A stretch of DNA of 64,000 nucleotides from Macrostomum lignano. Lineage: Eukaryota. The notes below the pieces were generated by a model. That model ran no database searches and was not told where the DNA came from. It was given only the letters and a program-made list of their open reading frames with translations. Where the stretch lies: positions 1 through 64,000 of the forward strand of contig NIVC01000283.1 of NCBI GenBank assembly GCA_002269645.1, read 5' to 3'. This document shows positions 16,071-39,169 of this stretch, piece after piece; the first letter of the stretch is position 1; each line of letters starts with the position of its first letter. The translations under genes and the position numbers were made by a program.

Positions 16071-18445
16071 CAGTGAGTGCAGGTTTAGTGTCAGCATGAG
16101 TGCAGGTCTAGTGTCAGCATGAGTGCAGGTCTAGTGTCAGCATGAGTGCAGGTCTAGTGTCAGCATGAGTGCAGGTCTAGTGTCAGCATGAGTGCAGGTC
16201 TAGTGTCAGCATGAGTGCAGGTCTAGTGTCAGCATGAGTGCAGGTCTAGTGTCAGCATGAGTGCAGGTCTAGTGTCAGCATGAGTGCAGGTCTAGTGTCA
16301 GTGAGTGCAGGTCTAGTGTCAGCATGAGTGCAGGTCTAGTGTCAGCATGAGTGCAGGTCTAGTGTCAGTGAGTGCAGGTCTAGTGTCAGCATGAGTGCAG
16401 GTATAGTGTCAGCATGAGTGCAGGTATAGTGTCAGCATGAGTGCAGGTATAGTGTCAGCATGAGTGCAGGTCTAGTGTCAGTGAGTGAGTGAGTGCAGGT
16501 ATAGTGTCAGCATGAGTGCAGGTCTAGTGTCAGTGAGTGCAGGTCTAGTGTCAGTGAGTGCAGGTATAGTGTCAGCATGAGTGCAGGTCTAGTGTCAGCA
16601 TGAGTGCAGGTATAGTGTCAGCATGAGTGCAGGTCTAGTGTCAGTGAGTGAGTGAGTGCAGGTCTAGTGTCAGCATGAGTGCAGGTCTAGTGTCAGTGAG
16701 TGCAGGTCTAGTGTCAGTGAGTGCAGGTCTAGTGTCAGCATGAGTGCAGGTCTAGTGTCAGTGAGTGCAGGTCTAGTGTCAGTGAGTGCAGGTCTAGTGT
16801 CAGTGAGTGCAGGTCTAGTGTCAGTGAGTGCAGGTCTAGTGTCAGTGAGTGAGTGAATGCAGGTCTAGTGTCAGTGAGTGCAGGTCTAGTGTCAGCATGA
16901 GTGCAGGTCTAGTGTCAGCATGAGTGCAGGTCTAGTGTCAGCATGAGTGCAGGTCTAGTGTCAGCATGAGTGCAGGTCTAGTGTCAGTGAGTGCAGGTCT
17001 AGTGTCAGCATGAGTGCAGGTCTAGTGTCAGCATGAGTGCAGGTCTAGTGTCAGTGAGTGCAGGTCTAGTGTCAGCATGAGTGCAGGTATAGTGTCAGCA
17101 TGAGTGCAGGTCTAGTGTCAGTGAGTGCAGGTATAGTGTCAGCATGAGTGCAGGTATAGTGTCAGCATGAGTGCAGGTATAGTGTCAGCATGAGTGCAGG
17201 TCTAGTGTCAGTGAGTGAGTGAGTGCAGGTATAGTGTCAGCATGAGTGCAGGTCTAGTGTCAGTGAGTGCAGGTCTAGTGTCAGTGAGTGCAGGTATAGT
17301 GTCAGCATGAGTGCAGGTCTAGTGTCAGCATGAGTGCAGGTATAGTGTCAGCATGAGTGCAGGTCTAGTGTCAGTGAGTGCAGGTCTAGTGTCAGCATGA
17401 GTGCAGGTCTAGTGTCAGTGAGTGCAGGTCTAGTGTCAGTGAGTGCAGGTCTAGTGTCAGTGAGTGCAGGTCTAGTGTCAGTGAGTGCAGGTCTAGTGTC
17501 AGTGAGTGAGTGAGTGCAGGTCTAGTGTCAGCATGAGTGCAGGTCTAGTGTCAGTGAGTGCAGGTCTAGTGTCAGTGAGTGCAGGTCTAGTGTCAGTGAG
17601 TGCAGGTCTAGTGTCAGTGAGTGCAGGTCTAGTGTCAGTGAGTGAGTGAATGCAGGTCTAGTGTCAGTGAGTGCAGGTCTAGTGTCAGCATGAGTGCAGG
17701 TCTAGTGTCAGCATGAGTGCAGGTCTAGTGTCAGTGAGTGCAGGTCTAGTGTCAGTGAGTGAGTGAGTGCAGGTATAGTGTCAGCATGAGTGCAGGTCTA
17801 GTGTCAGTGAGTGCAGGTCTAGTGTCAGTGAGTGCAGGTATAGTGTCAGCATGAGTGCAGGTCTAGTGTCAGCATGAGTGCAGGTATAGTGTCAGCATGA
17901 GTGCAGGTCTAGTGTCAGTGAGTGCAGGTCTAGTGTCAGCATGAGTGCAGGTCTAGTGTCAGTGAGTGCAGGTCTAGTGTCAGTGAGTGCAGGTCTAGTG
18001 TCAGTGAGTGCAGGTCTAGTGTCAGTGAGTGCAGGTCTAGTGTCAGTGAGTGAGTGAGTGCAGGTCTAGTGTCAGCATGAGTGCAGGTCTAGTGTCAGTG
18101 AGTGCAGGTCTAGTGTCAGTGAGTGCAGGTCTAGTGTCAGTGAGTGCAGGTCTAGTGTCAGTGAGTGCAGGTCTAGTGTCAGTGAGTGAGTGAATGCAGG
18201 TCTAGTGTCAGTGAGTGCAGGTCTAGTGTCAGCATGAGTGCAGGTCTAGTGTCAGCATGAGTGCAGGTCTAGTGTCAGTGAGTGCAGGTCTAGTGTCAGT
18301 GAGTGCAGGTCTAGTGTCAGTGAGTGCAGGTCTAGTGTCAGCATGAGTGCAGGTCTAGTGTCAGCATGAGTGCAGGTCTAGTGTCAGTGAGTGCAGGTCT
18401 AGTGTCAGTGAGTGCAGGTCTAGTGTCAGTGAGTGCAGTTCTAGT
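16070..18445. repeat. 2.4-kb minisatellite mixing a 23-bp unit (gagtgcaggtctagtgtcagcat) and a shorter variant (gagtgcaggtctagtgtcagt)
   Basis: Visible units. Confidence 0.97.
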
Positions 18446-18662
18446 GCAGTTAGTTCGTAAAATTGATAAACTCTTACAATAAAAATTTTTCTTTAAATTC
18501 GTACAACGAGCTGCAAATTTCACTCCAGTTGAAAATTTTTAACCCTCAAATGGGCCGTTTTAGTCAACTATCAGCTTGACTAATCTACTCGAAGTTGCAA
18601 AAGTCAGCTCAGCTAGAGAATTTGCAGACGCCGGTTTCGTTGAAAGCCAGCTGGCCGCCGCC

Positions 18663-25390
<6,728 letters not shown>

Positions 25391-25764
25391 GACTGATCTC
25401 GAAATCTGTGTGATCAACAAAAGCTATAAAAAGCATGAAATTTTACAAACTGAGTTCAGAACCTCAGGTTAGCACAGGAATCGGTTTAAGAAGTCAACAT
25501 TGAGCAGCAGATAGCTGTAAAATGTTTGAAAGAGACTCGCGGCATTGAAGCCACACAGATTAGATAACTTATTAGTGAGTGTCACAACACAATTCTTTTT
25601 CTTATCAACAGCGAATGATGTACATGCAAAGTCTACAATATGTACATTCGCAGCACCCACTTGTACGAGCGAGTGAGTCTTTCCGCAGAGGTGGTGTCAC
25701 CAACTTTCTATGATCACAGTGAGACTGCGCTTCTGCTTACACAATCGCAAGCATCTGCTGATAC

Positions 25765-26060
25765 TTCAGGGGGTACTGTCACACCTCTAAATGCTTCAGG
25801 GAATACCGTCATCTCCCAATGCTTCAGGGGGTACCGTCACACCTCCAGATGATGCTTCAGGGGGTACTGTCACACCCCCAGATTATGCTTCAGGGGGTAC
25901 TGTCACACCCCCAGATTATGCTTCAGAGAGGTACTGTCACACCTCCAGATGATGCTTCAGGGGGTACTGTCACACCTCCAGATTATGCTTCAGGGGGTAC
26001 TGTCACACCTCCAGATTATGCTTCAGAGAGGTACTGTCACACCACCCAATGCTTCAGAGG
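25765..26060. repeat. 33-bp tandem repeat (gcttcagggggtactgtcacacctccagattat)n
   Basis: Visible units between ELOVL and the PanK-like gene. Confidence 0.9.
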
Positions 26061-26994
26061 TACTAAAGGGGTCAAAGGGGTGGCTCAATCCACAATACAT
26101 GTACTTCAGAGGTAAGTTTTCCAAAGACTCAGACCTGAAATAATTCAACACACAAATGGTCCAATGCCGCAGGCGATATCTAGGAAAAGGTCTAACATAA
26201 AAACTCGTCAGTAAAATTTAAACATTTATTTTTCATATCAGCAAGTCGTGGAATTACGAATGTTTGTTGATTAAATTTAGTATCAAAATTAGTCAACGCT
26301 TGGTAGCGAAAGGCAAAGTGTGATATACTCGTAAAAAACAAAGACCTAATATTGATTTTGTAGAACCAAATCGGAATTTTCTCTGATTTTGCGCTACTCA
26401 TAGGGGTATTATTTGAATTTTATCGATTTTTTAATAAAGTAAATAAGAATAATATACTTCAGAAATTCAAACTACAAAACACGACCTGACAGAGTCAGAG
26501 TTATACTATAATGCATTTATTATCATATTCAAAATCGTTCCAGCTGTGATAAGACAAAACAGCTACGCCTATAAAGTAGTACCGTACGACATGGTGCCTC
26601 TAAAAGTAAAAAAAGTATTGTTTAAAAATGAAAAAAAAAATCTGTGCAATAAAGAAATGAAAAAATTATTTTTGGTTTGAAAAACAGACAATAAAATTGA
26701 GATTACTAAACTCAAACTTAGAGGTGCGCGTAATAAAAAACGCAAATGTGAAAATTAAAGCACGTGGCATACATTAAAGGAAGCGAGAAAGGAAGCGATA
26801 AGCAGCAAACAGAAGCAAGGAAAACAAAGACTACAGCGAATCATATCAGCAATTTGCATCTCTGTTTTATATTAGCAGCTAATCAATAAAAGAAATCAGT
26901 GAAAAAGTCAAACTTTGCTACGCACGCAGTTGCCTTGTTGCCAGAATGTTGCTATAGAGAGAGATGGCTTTTGATTTTGCATTTAAAAAATCGC

Positions 26995-31328
<4,334 letters not shown>

Positions 31329-32138
31329 CTTATATATTGATGATTATAAATTGATACGATTTAAAAACCGTGGCCTCTTTCCAACGGTCGACTAGAAAAA
31401 GATGCAAGAAAAATGTCAAAGAATGTGATATATAATCATACAATTTTCACACTGGGTAGTCAAGGTAACGCTCTCTACCTTCACAGGGCAATCTGTGCAT
31501 TCAGTCAGCCTAAAATTATTTCTCACCCCCTTTTAACAGACAGATAGAATATGCACGCTACAATACTAATTGCATTCATAGAAATTCTATTTTACCTAGA
31601 AGCCCCCCCACCCACACCACTTCACTCAGCCCTAAGCTTGGAGCACAATGAATGCATCTACAGAAGGGTCACGCAGAGTCTTAGTGGCGTGATATTTTTA
31701 TGCAACCTAATAATAATAAAATATACACATAACATGATAAAATAAATTAAGACAAAACGAAGTTTTTCATCGAAACTAGAAATGAAACTAATTTTTAAAT
31801 AAATCTGTTTTAATTGTATACTTGCGCTTACTTTGTTATATAGACGGTGACACAGGTCCAGCCCAAGGCCCGGAAATGAGTTCAGGCCATAGACTATGAA
31901 AAGCCCACTAAATCAAGGGTTTCAATTGTCTTGCAAATTCTTTGTGATTATTATATTTCTAATCATATTATCGTTAGTTTGAAAAAGAAAAGCCAACACA
32001 CTCTAACTACCCTACTAATAGTAAACATATAAAGAAAAAATTACTAATTTTATTAACCCTTTATTTTCTAGAAGTGCTAAATTATAAATAATGAATAAGT
32101 TGATCGTGCGGTTATTTTCACACCGGCCTCTAACACTC

Positions 32139-32576
<438 letters not shown>

Positions 32577-32614
32577 CTACTACCTTATAAGAACAAAGTT
32601 GAATAAATGGCAGA

Positions 32615-33095
32615 GGGAAGCAGAGTGTACGTTGGGCTAGAGGGAAGCCTCTGTACGTTGGGGGTAGAGGGAAGCCTCTGTACATTGGGGTAGAGGGAAG
32701 TCTCTGTACGTTGGGGGTAGAGGGAAGCCTCTTTACATTGGGGTAGAGGGAAGACACTGTACATTGGGGATAGAGGGAAGCCTCTGTACATTGGGGGTAG
32801 AGGGAAGCCTCTGTACGTTGGGGGTAGAGGGAAGCCTCTGTACGTTGGGGGTAGAGGGAAGCCTCTGTACGTTGGGGGTAGAGGGAAGCCTCTGTACATT
32901 GGGGTAGAGGGAAGCCTCTGTACGTTGGGGGTAGAGGGAAGCCTCTGTACATTGGGGTAGAGGGAAGACACTGTACATTGGGGATAGAGGGAAGCCTCTG
33001 TACGTTGGGGGTAGAGGGAAGACACTGTACATTGGGGGTAGTGGGAAGCCTATGTACATTGGGGGGTAGAGGGAAGCCTCTGTACATTGGGGTAG
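32615..33095. repeat. 26-27-bp minisatellite (agagggaagcctctgtacgttgggggt)n
   Basis: Visible units upstream of the ATP synthase c start. Confidence 0.95.
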
Positions 33096-33140
33096 GAAAG
33101 ACACGATGTATATTAGTAGTACGGAGTTATAAAAATGTCT

Positions 33141-33224
33141 CTAAATCAGACGATCAAGACGTCAAAGTCTAAGACATCTTCATGATTTGCGGATCAGATG
33201 TCCCTATCAGTGTCATCATATTGT
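33141..33224 (-). ncRNA. Box C/D snoRNA, SNORD74/snR64-like, diverged copy
   Basis: Minus strand: box C ATGATGA (33219-33213), guide CACTGATAGGGACAT, D' CTGA, C' ATGAAGA, box D CTGA (33149-33146). The guide is identical to the seven intronic copies while the rest has diverged. Confidence 0.8.
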
Positions 33225-33764
33225 TTCTGTATTGCAAATACCAACTAAACTAAGTGAAGAAAAACAAAAGAACTTAAAAAGCAGAAAAACAAAGTGTTTT
33301 TGAATTCACCAGGCTGCAATATCCAGAGCTGTTTTTATTATTTCAAATACGAGTTATTTCCAATCGCGTATCAGTCAATAATCCAGTAGCAATATAAAAT
33401 TATATTGTTATATTATAACATTACTATATAATTAGCGGCTATTTCGGATGAGCAGAAATATGTTAATAATAAAGCTGCTGCATGTAACAAACAATTGATA
33501 TATAACCTATGCAACTTATGATTAGAATTGATTAACCACAAACATAACCAGATATTCTCAAAATTTATTAATAATACAATCGTAATAATAAATTTACTAA
33601 TTTTTTAACTAGATAGCAGGACACAGGCAAATATTAAGCATAGTGGCATGTGTAGTAGAAAAAGAATTGAGAACACTTAGTAGAAATCAGAGCTTGCTTC
33701 TGCAGTTAAGTTAAAGTCGGGTTTCACAAAGCAGCGGGCGATGGTAACTGTAATGGATTGCGGA

Positions 33765-36700
33765 TCACTGCAGTACAAGGCCGACCTGTCAATTAAAATG
33801 GAAAATTGACTGGTTATTAGCGAAATTATCCTTCAGAGCAGATATTGAAACATCAGTGGATGAGGAGATCGGTGAGTGAGAGGCAGACAGGTCAGGTCAA
33901 TCACGGTTTAGACAATTAGACTTGAAGTCTGTGACATCTTCAGAGTTTTTGTATCAGATGTCCCTATCAGTGTCATCATTGTGTCGGGAATTTTAACAGG
34001 TGGGATGGGGAGACAGGTGGGGATGGAGAGACAGGTGGAGATGGGGAGAGAGGTGGGGATGGGGAGACAGGTGGAGATGGGGAGACAGGTGGGATGGGGA
34101 GACAGGTGAGATGGGGAGACAGGTGGAGATGGAGAGACAGGTGGAGATGGGGAGACAGGTGGGGATGGGGAGACAGGTGGGGATGGGGAGGCAGGTGGGG
34201 ATGGGGAGACAGGTGGAGATGGGGAGACAGGTGGAGATGGGGAGACAGGTGGGGATGGGGAGACAGGTGGAGATGGGGAGACGGTTCAGACAATTAGACA
34301 TGAAGTCTGTGACATCTTCAGAGTTTTTGTATCAGATGTCCCTATCAGTGTCATCATTGTGTCAGGAATTTTAACAGGTGGGATGGGGAGACAGGTGAAG
34401 ATGGGGAGACAGGTGGAGATGGGGAGACAGGTGGTATGGGGAGACAGGTGAAGATGGGGAGACAGGTGGGATGGGGAGACAGGTGGAGATGGGGAGACAG
34501 GTGGGGATGGGGAGACAGGTGGAGATGGGGAGACAGGTGGGATGGGGAGACAGGTGATGATGGGGAGACAGGTGGGATGGGGAGACAGGTGGAGATGGGG
34601 AGACAGGTGGGATGGGGAGACAGGAGATGATGGGGAGACAGGTGGGATGGGGAGACAGGTGGAGATGGGGAGACAGGTGGGATGGGGAGACAGGTGGAGA
34701 TGGGGAGACAGGTGGGATGGGGAGACAGGAGATGATGGGGAGACAGGTGGGATGGGGAGACAGGTGGAGATGGGGAGACAGGTGGGATGGGGAGACAGGT
34801 GGGATGGGGAGACAGGTGGGATGGGGAGACAGGTGGGATGGGGAGACGGTTCAGACAATTAGACATGAAGTCTGTGACATCTTCAGAGTTTTTGTATCAG
34901 ATGTCCCTATCAGTGTCATCATTGTGTCGGGAATTTTAACATGTGGAGATGGGGAGAGAGGTGGAGATGGGGAGACAGGTGGAGATGGGGAGACAGGTGG
35001 TATGGGGAGACAGGTGAAGATGGGGAGACAGGTGGGATGGGGAGACAGGTGGAGATGGGGAGACAGGTGGGATGGGGAGACAGGTGGGATGGGGAGACAG
35101 GTGGAGATGGGGAGACAGGTGGAGATGGGGAGACAGGTGGGATGGGGAGACAGGTGGAGATGGGGAGACGGTTCAGACAATTAGACTTGAAGTCTGTGAC
35201 ATCTTCAGAGTTTTTGGATCAGATGTCCCTATCAGTGTCATCATTGTGTCGGGAATTTTAACAGGTGGGATGGGGAGACAGGTGGGATGGGGAGACAGGT
35301 GGGTGGGACGTGGAGAGAGGTGGGATGGAGAGACAGGTGGATGGGGAGAGAGGTGGGATGGAGAGACAGGTTGGATGGGGAGAGAGGTGGGATGGAGAGA
35401 CAGGTTGGATGGGGAGAGAGGTGGGATGGAGAGACAGGTTGGATGGGGATAGAGGTGGGATGGAGAGACAGGTTGGATGGGGAGACAGGTGGGGATGGGA
35501 GACGGTTCAGACAATTAGACTTGAAGTCTGTGACATCTTCAGAGTTTTTGTATCAGATGTCCCTATCAGTGTCATCATTGTGTCGGGAATTTTAACAGGT
35601 GGGATGGGGAGACAGGTGGGATGGGGAGACGGGTGGGGATGGAGAGACAGGTGGTATGGGGAGACAGGTGAAGATGGGGAGACAGGTGGGATGGGGAGAC
35701 AGGTGGAGATGGGGAGACAGGTGGGATGGGGAGACAGGTGGGATGGGGAGACAGGTGGAGATGGGGAGACAGGTGGGATGGGGAGACAGGTTCAGACAAT
35801 TAGACATGAAGTCTGTGACATCTTCAGAGTTTTTGTATCAGATGTCCCTATCAGTGTCATCATTGTGTCGGGAATTTTAACATGTGGAGATGGGGAGAGA
35901 GGTGGAGATGGGGAGACAGGTGGAGATGGGGAGACAGGTGGTATGGGGAGACAGGTGAAGATGGGGAGACATGTGGGATGGGGAGACAGGTGGGATGGGG
36001 AGACAGGTGGGATGGGGAGACAGGTGGAGATGGGGAGACAGGTGGAGATGGGGAGACAGGTGGGATGGGGAGACAGGTGGGATGGGGAGACAGGTGGAGA
36101 TGGGGAGACAGGTGGAGATGGGGAGACAGGTGGGATGGGGAGACAGGTGGAGATGGGGAGACGGTTCAGACAATTAGACTTGAAGTCTGTGACATCTTCA
36201 GAGTTTTTGGATCAGATGTCCCTATCAGTGTCATCATTGTGTCAGGATTTTAAATGTAGGGTTAGGGAGCGACATTGTGGGGATGGGGAGACAGGTGAGG
36301 GTGGGGAAACAGTTGAGGAGATAAACGAGACAAAACTACAAACCTCCTCGGCCTTCATATCTGAGCATCTCCAGTTGTACAGGTAATAGTGCAGATAGCC
36401 GTCTCCGGCGCCGAATTTGAGTTCGCTAAGAAACTGTTTATTCTCCATTAGGTCAAGACAGTTGACAACATCAAATCCGGTACGTTTGGCTTGAATTAGC
36501 AGGTCGCGCATCAAGTCAATCCAGGTCATTGAGCCGGCTACATTGTAGAAACAGTAGGCGGCGAACAGTGTCTTGTGATTCGGATTGTTGATCACAGACG
36601 AGGGCAGACAGTAGAATGAGGCGAAGTCCGACACCCGGTTGCTGTCGGTCGGGTCTAGGCAGACAAAGGACTGCACAATGCCCTCGCGTGGAGTGAACCA

Positions 36701-39169
36701 GTGGGCAAACTCCTTCTCTGGAGGGTAGTTGGGTTCGCAGTGAGATGATAGCGAGTGCAGCGATCTGACATCTTTACTGACACTAACTTTGGCTGGCCTG
36801 ACATTAACTTTAACTGTTCTGACACTAACTAAGACAGTATAAAACTATAAAAGCAGAAAAAACAATATCAGAAAACTTCACACCGTCAAAAACAGGCGCC
36901 AACTGAAAGCTTTCCAAATACTTGCTGAGCAGTTGAAATGCCTGTTTTGTGTGCTTCGGCTGCATCAACTGGAAGCTGGAATTCTTGGGCTGGTCTGGCA
37001 GCTTGTAAAGCTTGATGGCTCGGGCCATAGTCATGTTGCGCTGCAGAGAGCTGAACTGGCACTCCACCAGCTTGCGCGGGTTCAGAGACCTGCGGATGGG
37101 AGAGTGGGGCATTGCGGGTCACACTGACACTGGGGATCTTGGAGGGTCGATTGTCTGGTCTAGAAACTGAGGATCTGGGAAGCTGGCCCAGCAACTGAGG
37201 ATCTGGGAGGCTGGCCCAGCAACCGAGGATCTGGGAAGCTGGCCCAGCAACCGAGGATCTGGGAAGCTGGCCCAGCAACCGAGGATCTGGGAGGCTGCCC
37301 CAGCAACTGGGGATCTGGGAGCGTGGGAGGCTGGCCCAGCAACTGAGGATCTGGGAGGCTGGTGGACCAGCAACTGAGGATCTGGGAGGCTGGCCCAGCA
37401 ACTGGGGATCTGGGAGGCTGGCCCAGCAACTGAGGATCTGGGAAGCTGGCGCAGCAACTGAGGATCTGGGAGGCTGGTGGCCCAGCAACTGAGGATCTGG
37501 GAGGCTGGCGCAGCAACTGAGGATCCGGTCACCCACCTGTGATAGTAGCGGCACGTGGCCACAGGCTTGGGCAGCACCACGCCGCCGGTGTACACGGCCT
37601 GAAACCTGCCGGTGAGGTTCACCCTCCTGGTGATCTCCTTGATCAGCACGGGCGCCACCCGTTTGCCTCGCAGCCGCTTGTGGACGCACAGGAAATTAAT
37701 TTCGACCATTTCTACCCGACGGTCGCGAACTCGAATCCCAGCCGGTATGGCGCTGATGAAGCCGACCAGCTTCCTGTTGCTGCGCACCCGAACTCCGACG
37801 TGCCAGTCAGAGCGCCACCCAGGCGGCTGCAGAGCCCAACGGAGGAACGCGGGCGAATAGTCGAATCTGATTGGTTCGATAAAACAAATTTTGCGAGCAC
37901 TTTTACTTCAACAGATTAAGCTGAACGGCTGACACAACAATATGATTTAACAATCATTAAATTAAAAATTAAAATTCATCATTTTGAAATCTACCAGGGT
38001 TATCAGGACTTAGATGCTTTAATGTAACAATCCTAAGGATAGAAATTTAGTAAATTAGAAGATAAATGAGGCAAGATTATTATCGCCACAAATTATTACG
38101 CTTATAGGAAGAGATTCTTATCCAAAGTATCCATCATGATGGGATTCTAATACCCATAGATCTTTATGATAGGATTCTAATTCCTACAGATAATTAGGAT
38201 GGGACTCTATCCCCACAACTCTTCATGATGGGATTCTAATCCCCACATATAAATAAGATGGGACTTTATCCCAACAGATCTTCATTATAGGATTCTAATC
38301 CCCACAGATCTTCATGATGGGATTCTAATCCCCACAGATCTTCATGATGGGATTCTAATCCCCACAGATCATCACGATGGGATTCTAATCCCCACAGATC
38401 TTCACGATGGGATTCTAATCCCCACAGATCTTCATGATGGGATTCTAATCCCCACAGATCATCACGATGGGATTCTAATCCCCACAGATCTTCACGATGG
38501 GATTCTAATCCCCACAGATCTTCATGATGGGATTCTAATCCCCACAGATCTTTATGATGGGATTCTAATCCCCACAACTCTTTATGAAGGGTTTCTAATC
38601 CCCACAGATTCTTATGGTTTGATTCTAAACCCGAAGAATGTTTTAACTGACTCTAATCCTTACAGATCATTAGGATGAAATTAAATTTTTTCTAAGAGTA
38701 TAGCTCACCTAAACAGCTCGTCCTCATCCTCCACATAGTTCTCATTAAGCAAAGTGTACAGCTCTTGCAATTGAGCATCGTTTTGCAGGTCAACTTCGCT
38801 CCAATCAAACATATTGGGTATATCGTAGGGCGTCTGTCTGATCTGGTCTTTAGGCTTGTCCTCTTCAATTGGCTCGCTAATTGGTTTGGATTCAGTGGTG
38901 AATCCCTGTGGCACAGGCTGGGTGGCCCAGAATTTGTAGTCTCTCTGTTTGGCTTCATCTAAACGTCGTGGCGCGCTGGTGGAAGCTGAACCCGAAGCCG
39001 CTGCAGCAGCCGCAGCAGCAGCAGCAGAAGAGGGAGCCACTCGAAGTGCATTCATACTCTCAGCTAGACTGCCACCCTTAGCACCAGATGATTGCTGCTG
39101 CTGAGGAGACTTGCTTTGTGAACCTGATGCTCCATCTTTGTTGTCAGAGTTGCCTTGGTCTCCAGACAT
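33765..39169 (-). CDS. NMT: Glycylpeptide N-tetradecanoyltransferase, 463 aa; exons 39169-38709, 37866-37537, 37089-36884, 36717-36344, 33785-33765
   Basis: [61 protein letters not shown] and terminal VGLVLQ*; GT-AG introns in phase (1392 nt). Confidence 0.97.
33903..33985 (-). ncRNA. Box C/D snoRNA array copy 1 (SNORD74-like); box D mutated to CTAA
   Basis: Box C 33979-33973 with guide, D' and C' intact; D position 33911-33908 reads CTAA. Confidence 0.6.
34281..34363 (-). ncRNA. Box C/D snoRNA array copy 2 (SNORD74-like)
   Basis: Box C 34357-34351, GATAGGGACAT-CTGA, C' CTGAAGA, box D 34289-34286. Confidence 0.8.
34846..34928 (-). ncRNA. Box C/D snoRNA array copy 3 (SNORD74-like)
   Basis: Box C 34922-34916, box D 34854-34851, guide intact. 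Confidence 0.8.
35168..35250 (-). ncRNA. Box C/D snoRNA array copy 4 (SNORD74-like)
   Basis: Box C 35244-35238, box D 35176-35173, guide intact. Confidence 0.8.
35502..35584 (-). ncRNA. Box C/D snoRNA array copy 5 (SNORD74-like)
   Basis: Box C 35578-35572, box D 35510-35507, guide intact. Confidence 0.8.
35787..35869 (-). ncRNA. Box C/D snoRNA array copy 6 (SNORD74-like)
   Basis: Box C 35863-35857, box D 35795-35792, guide intact. Confidence 0.8.
36161..36243 (-). ncRNA. Box C/D snoRNA array copy 7 (SNORD74-like)
   Basis: Box C 36237-36231, box D 36169-36166, guide intact. Confidence 0.8.
37165..37525. repeat. ~28-bp minisatellite in NMT intron 2, same family and orientation as in ELOVL intron 3
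   Basis: Shared unit gggaggctggcccagcaactgaggatct. Confidence 0.95.
38130..38640. repeat. 30-bp minisatellite (gggattctaatccccacagatcttcatgat)n in NMT intron 1
   Basis: Visible units, degenerate at both edges. Confidence 0.95.

Larger units (their letters stand above)
33995..36160. repeat. 17-18-bp G-rich minisatellite (ggagacaggtgg[a]gatgg)n forming spacers between the snoRNA copies in NMT intron 4
   Basis: Visible units in six blocks of variable length. Confidence 0.95.

Noticed and set aside
31448-31459. cacactgggtag matching the TIR-element terminus
   Set aside because: No subterminal motifs or partner end; chance match or unprovable remnant
33903-36243. CRISPR-like look (constant block with variable spacers)
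   Set aside because: Eukaryotic intron, no cas genes, and the spacers are themselves one minisatellite; the constant block is explained by snoRNA boxes
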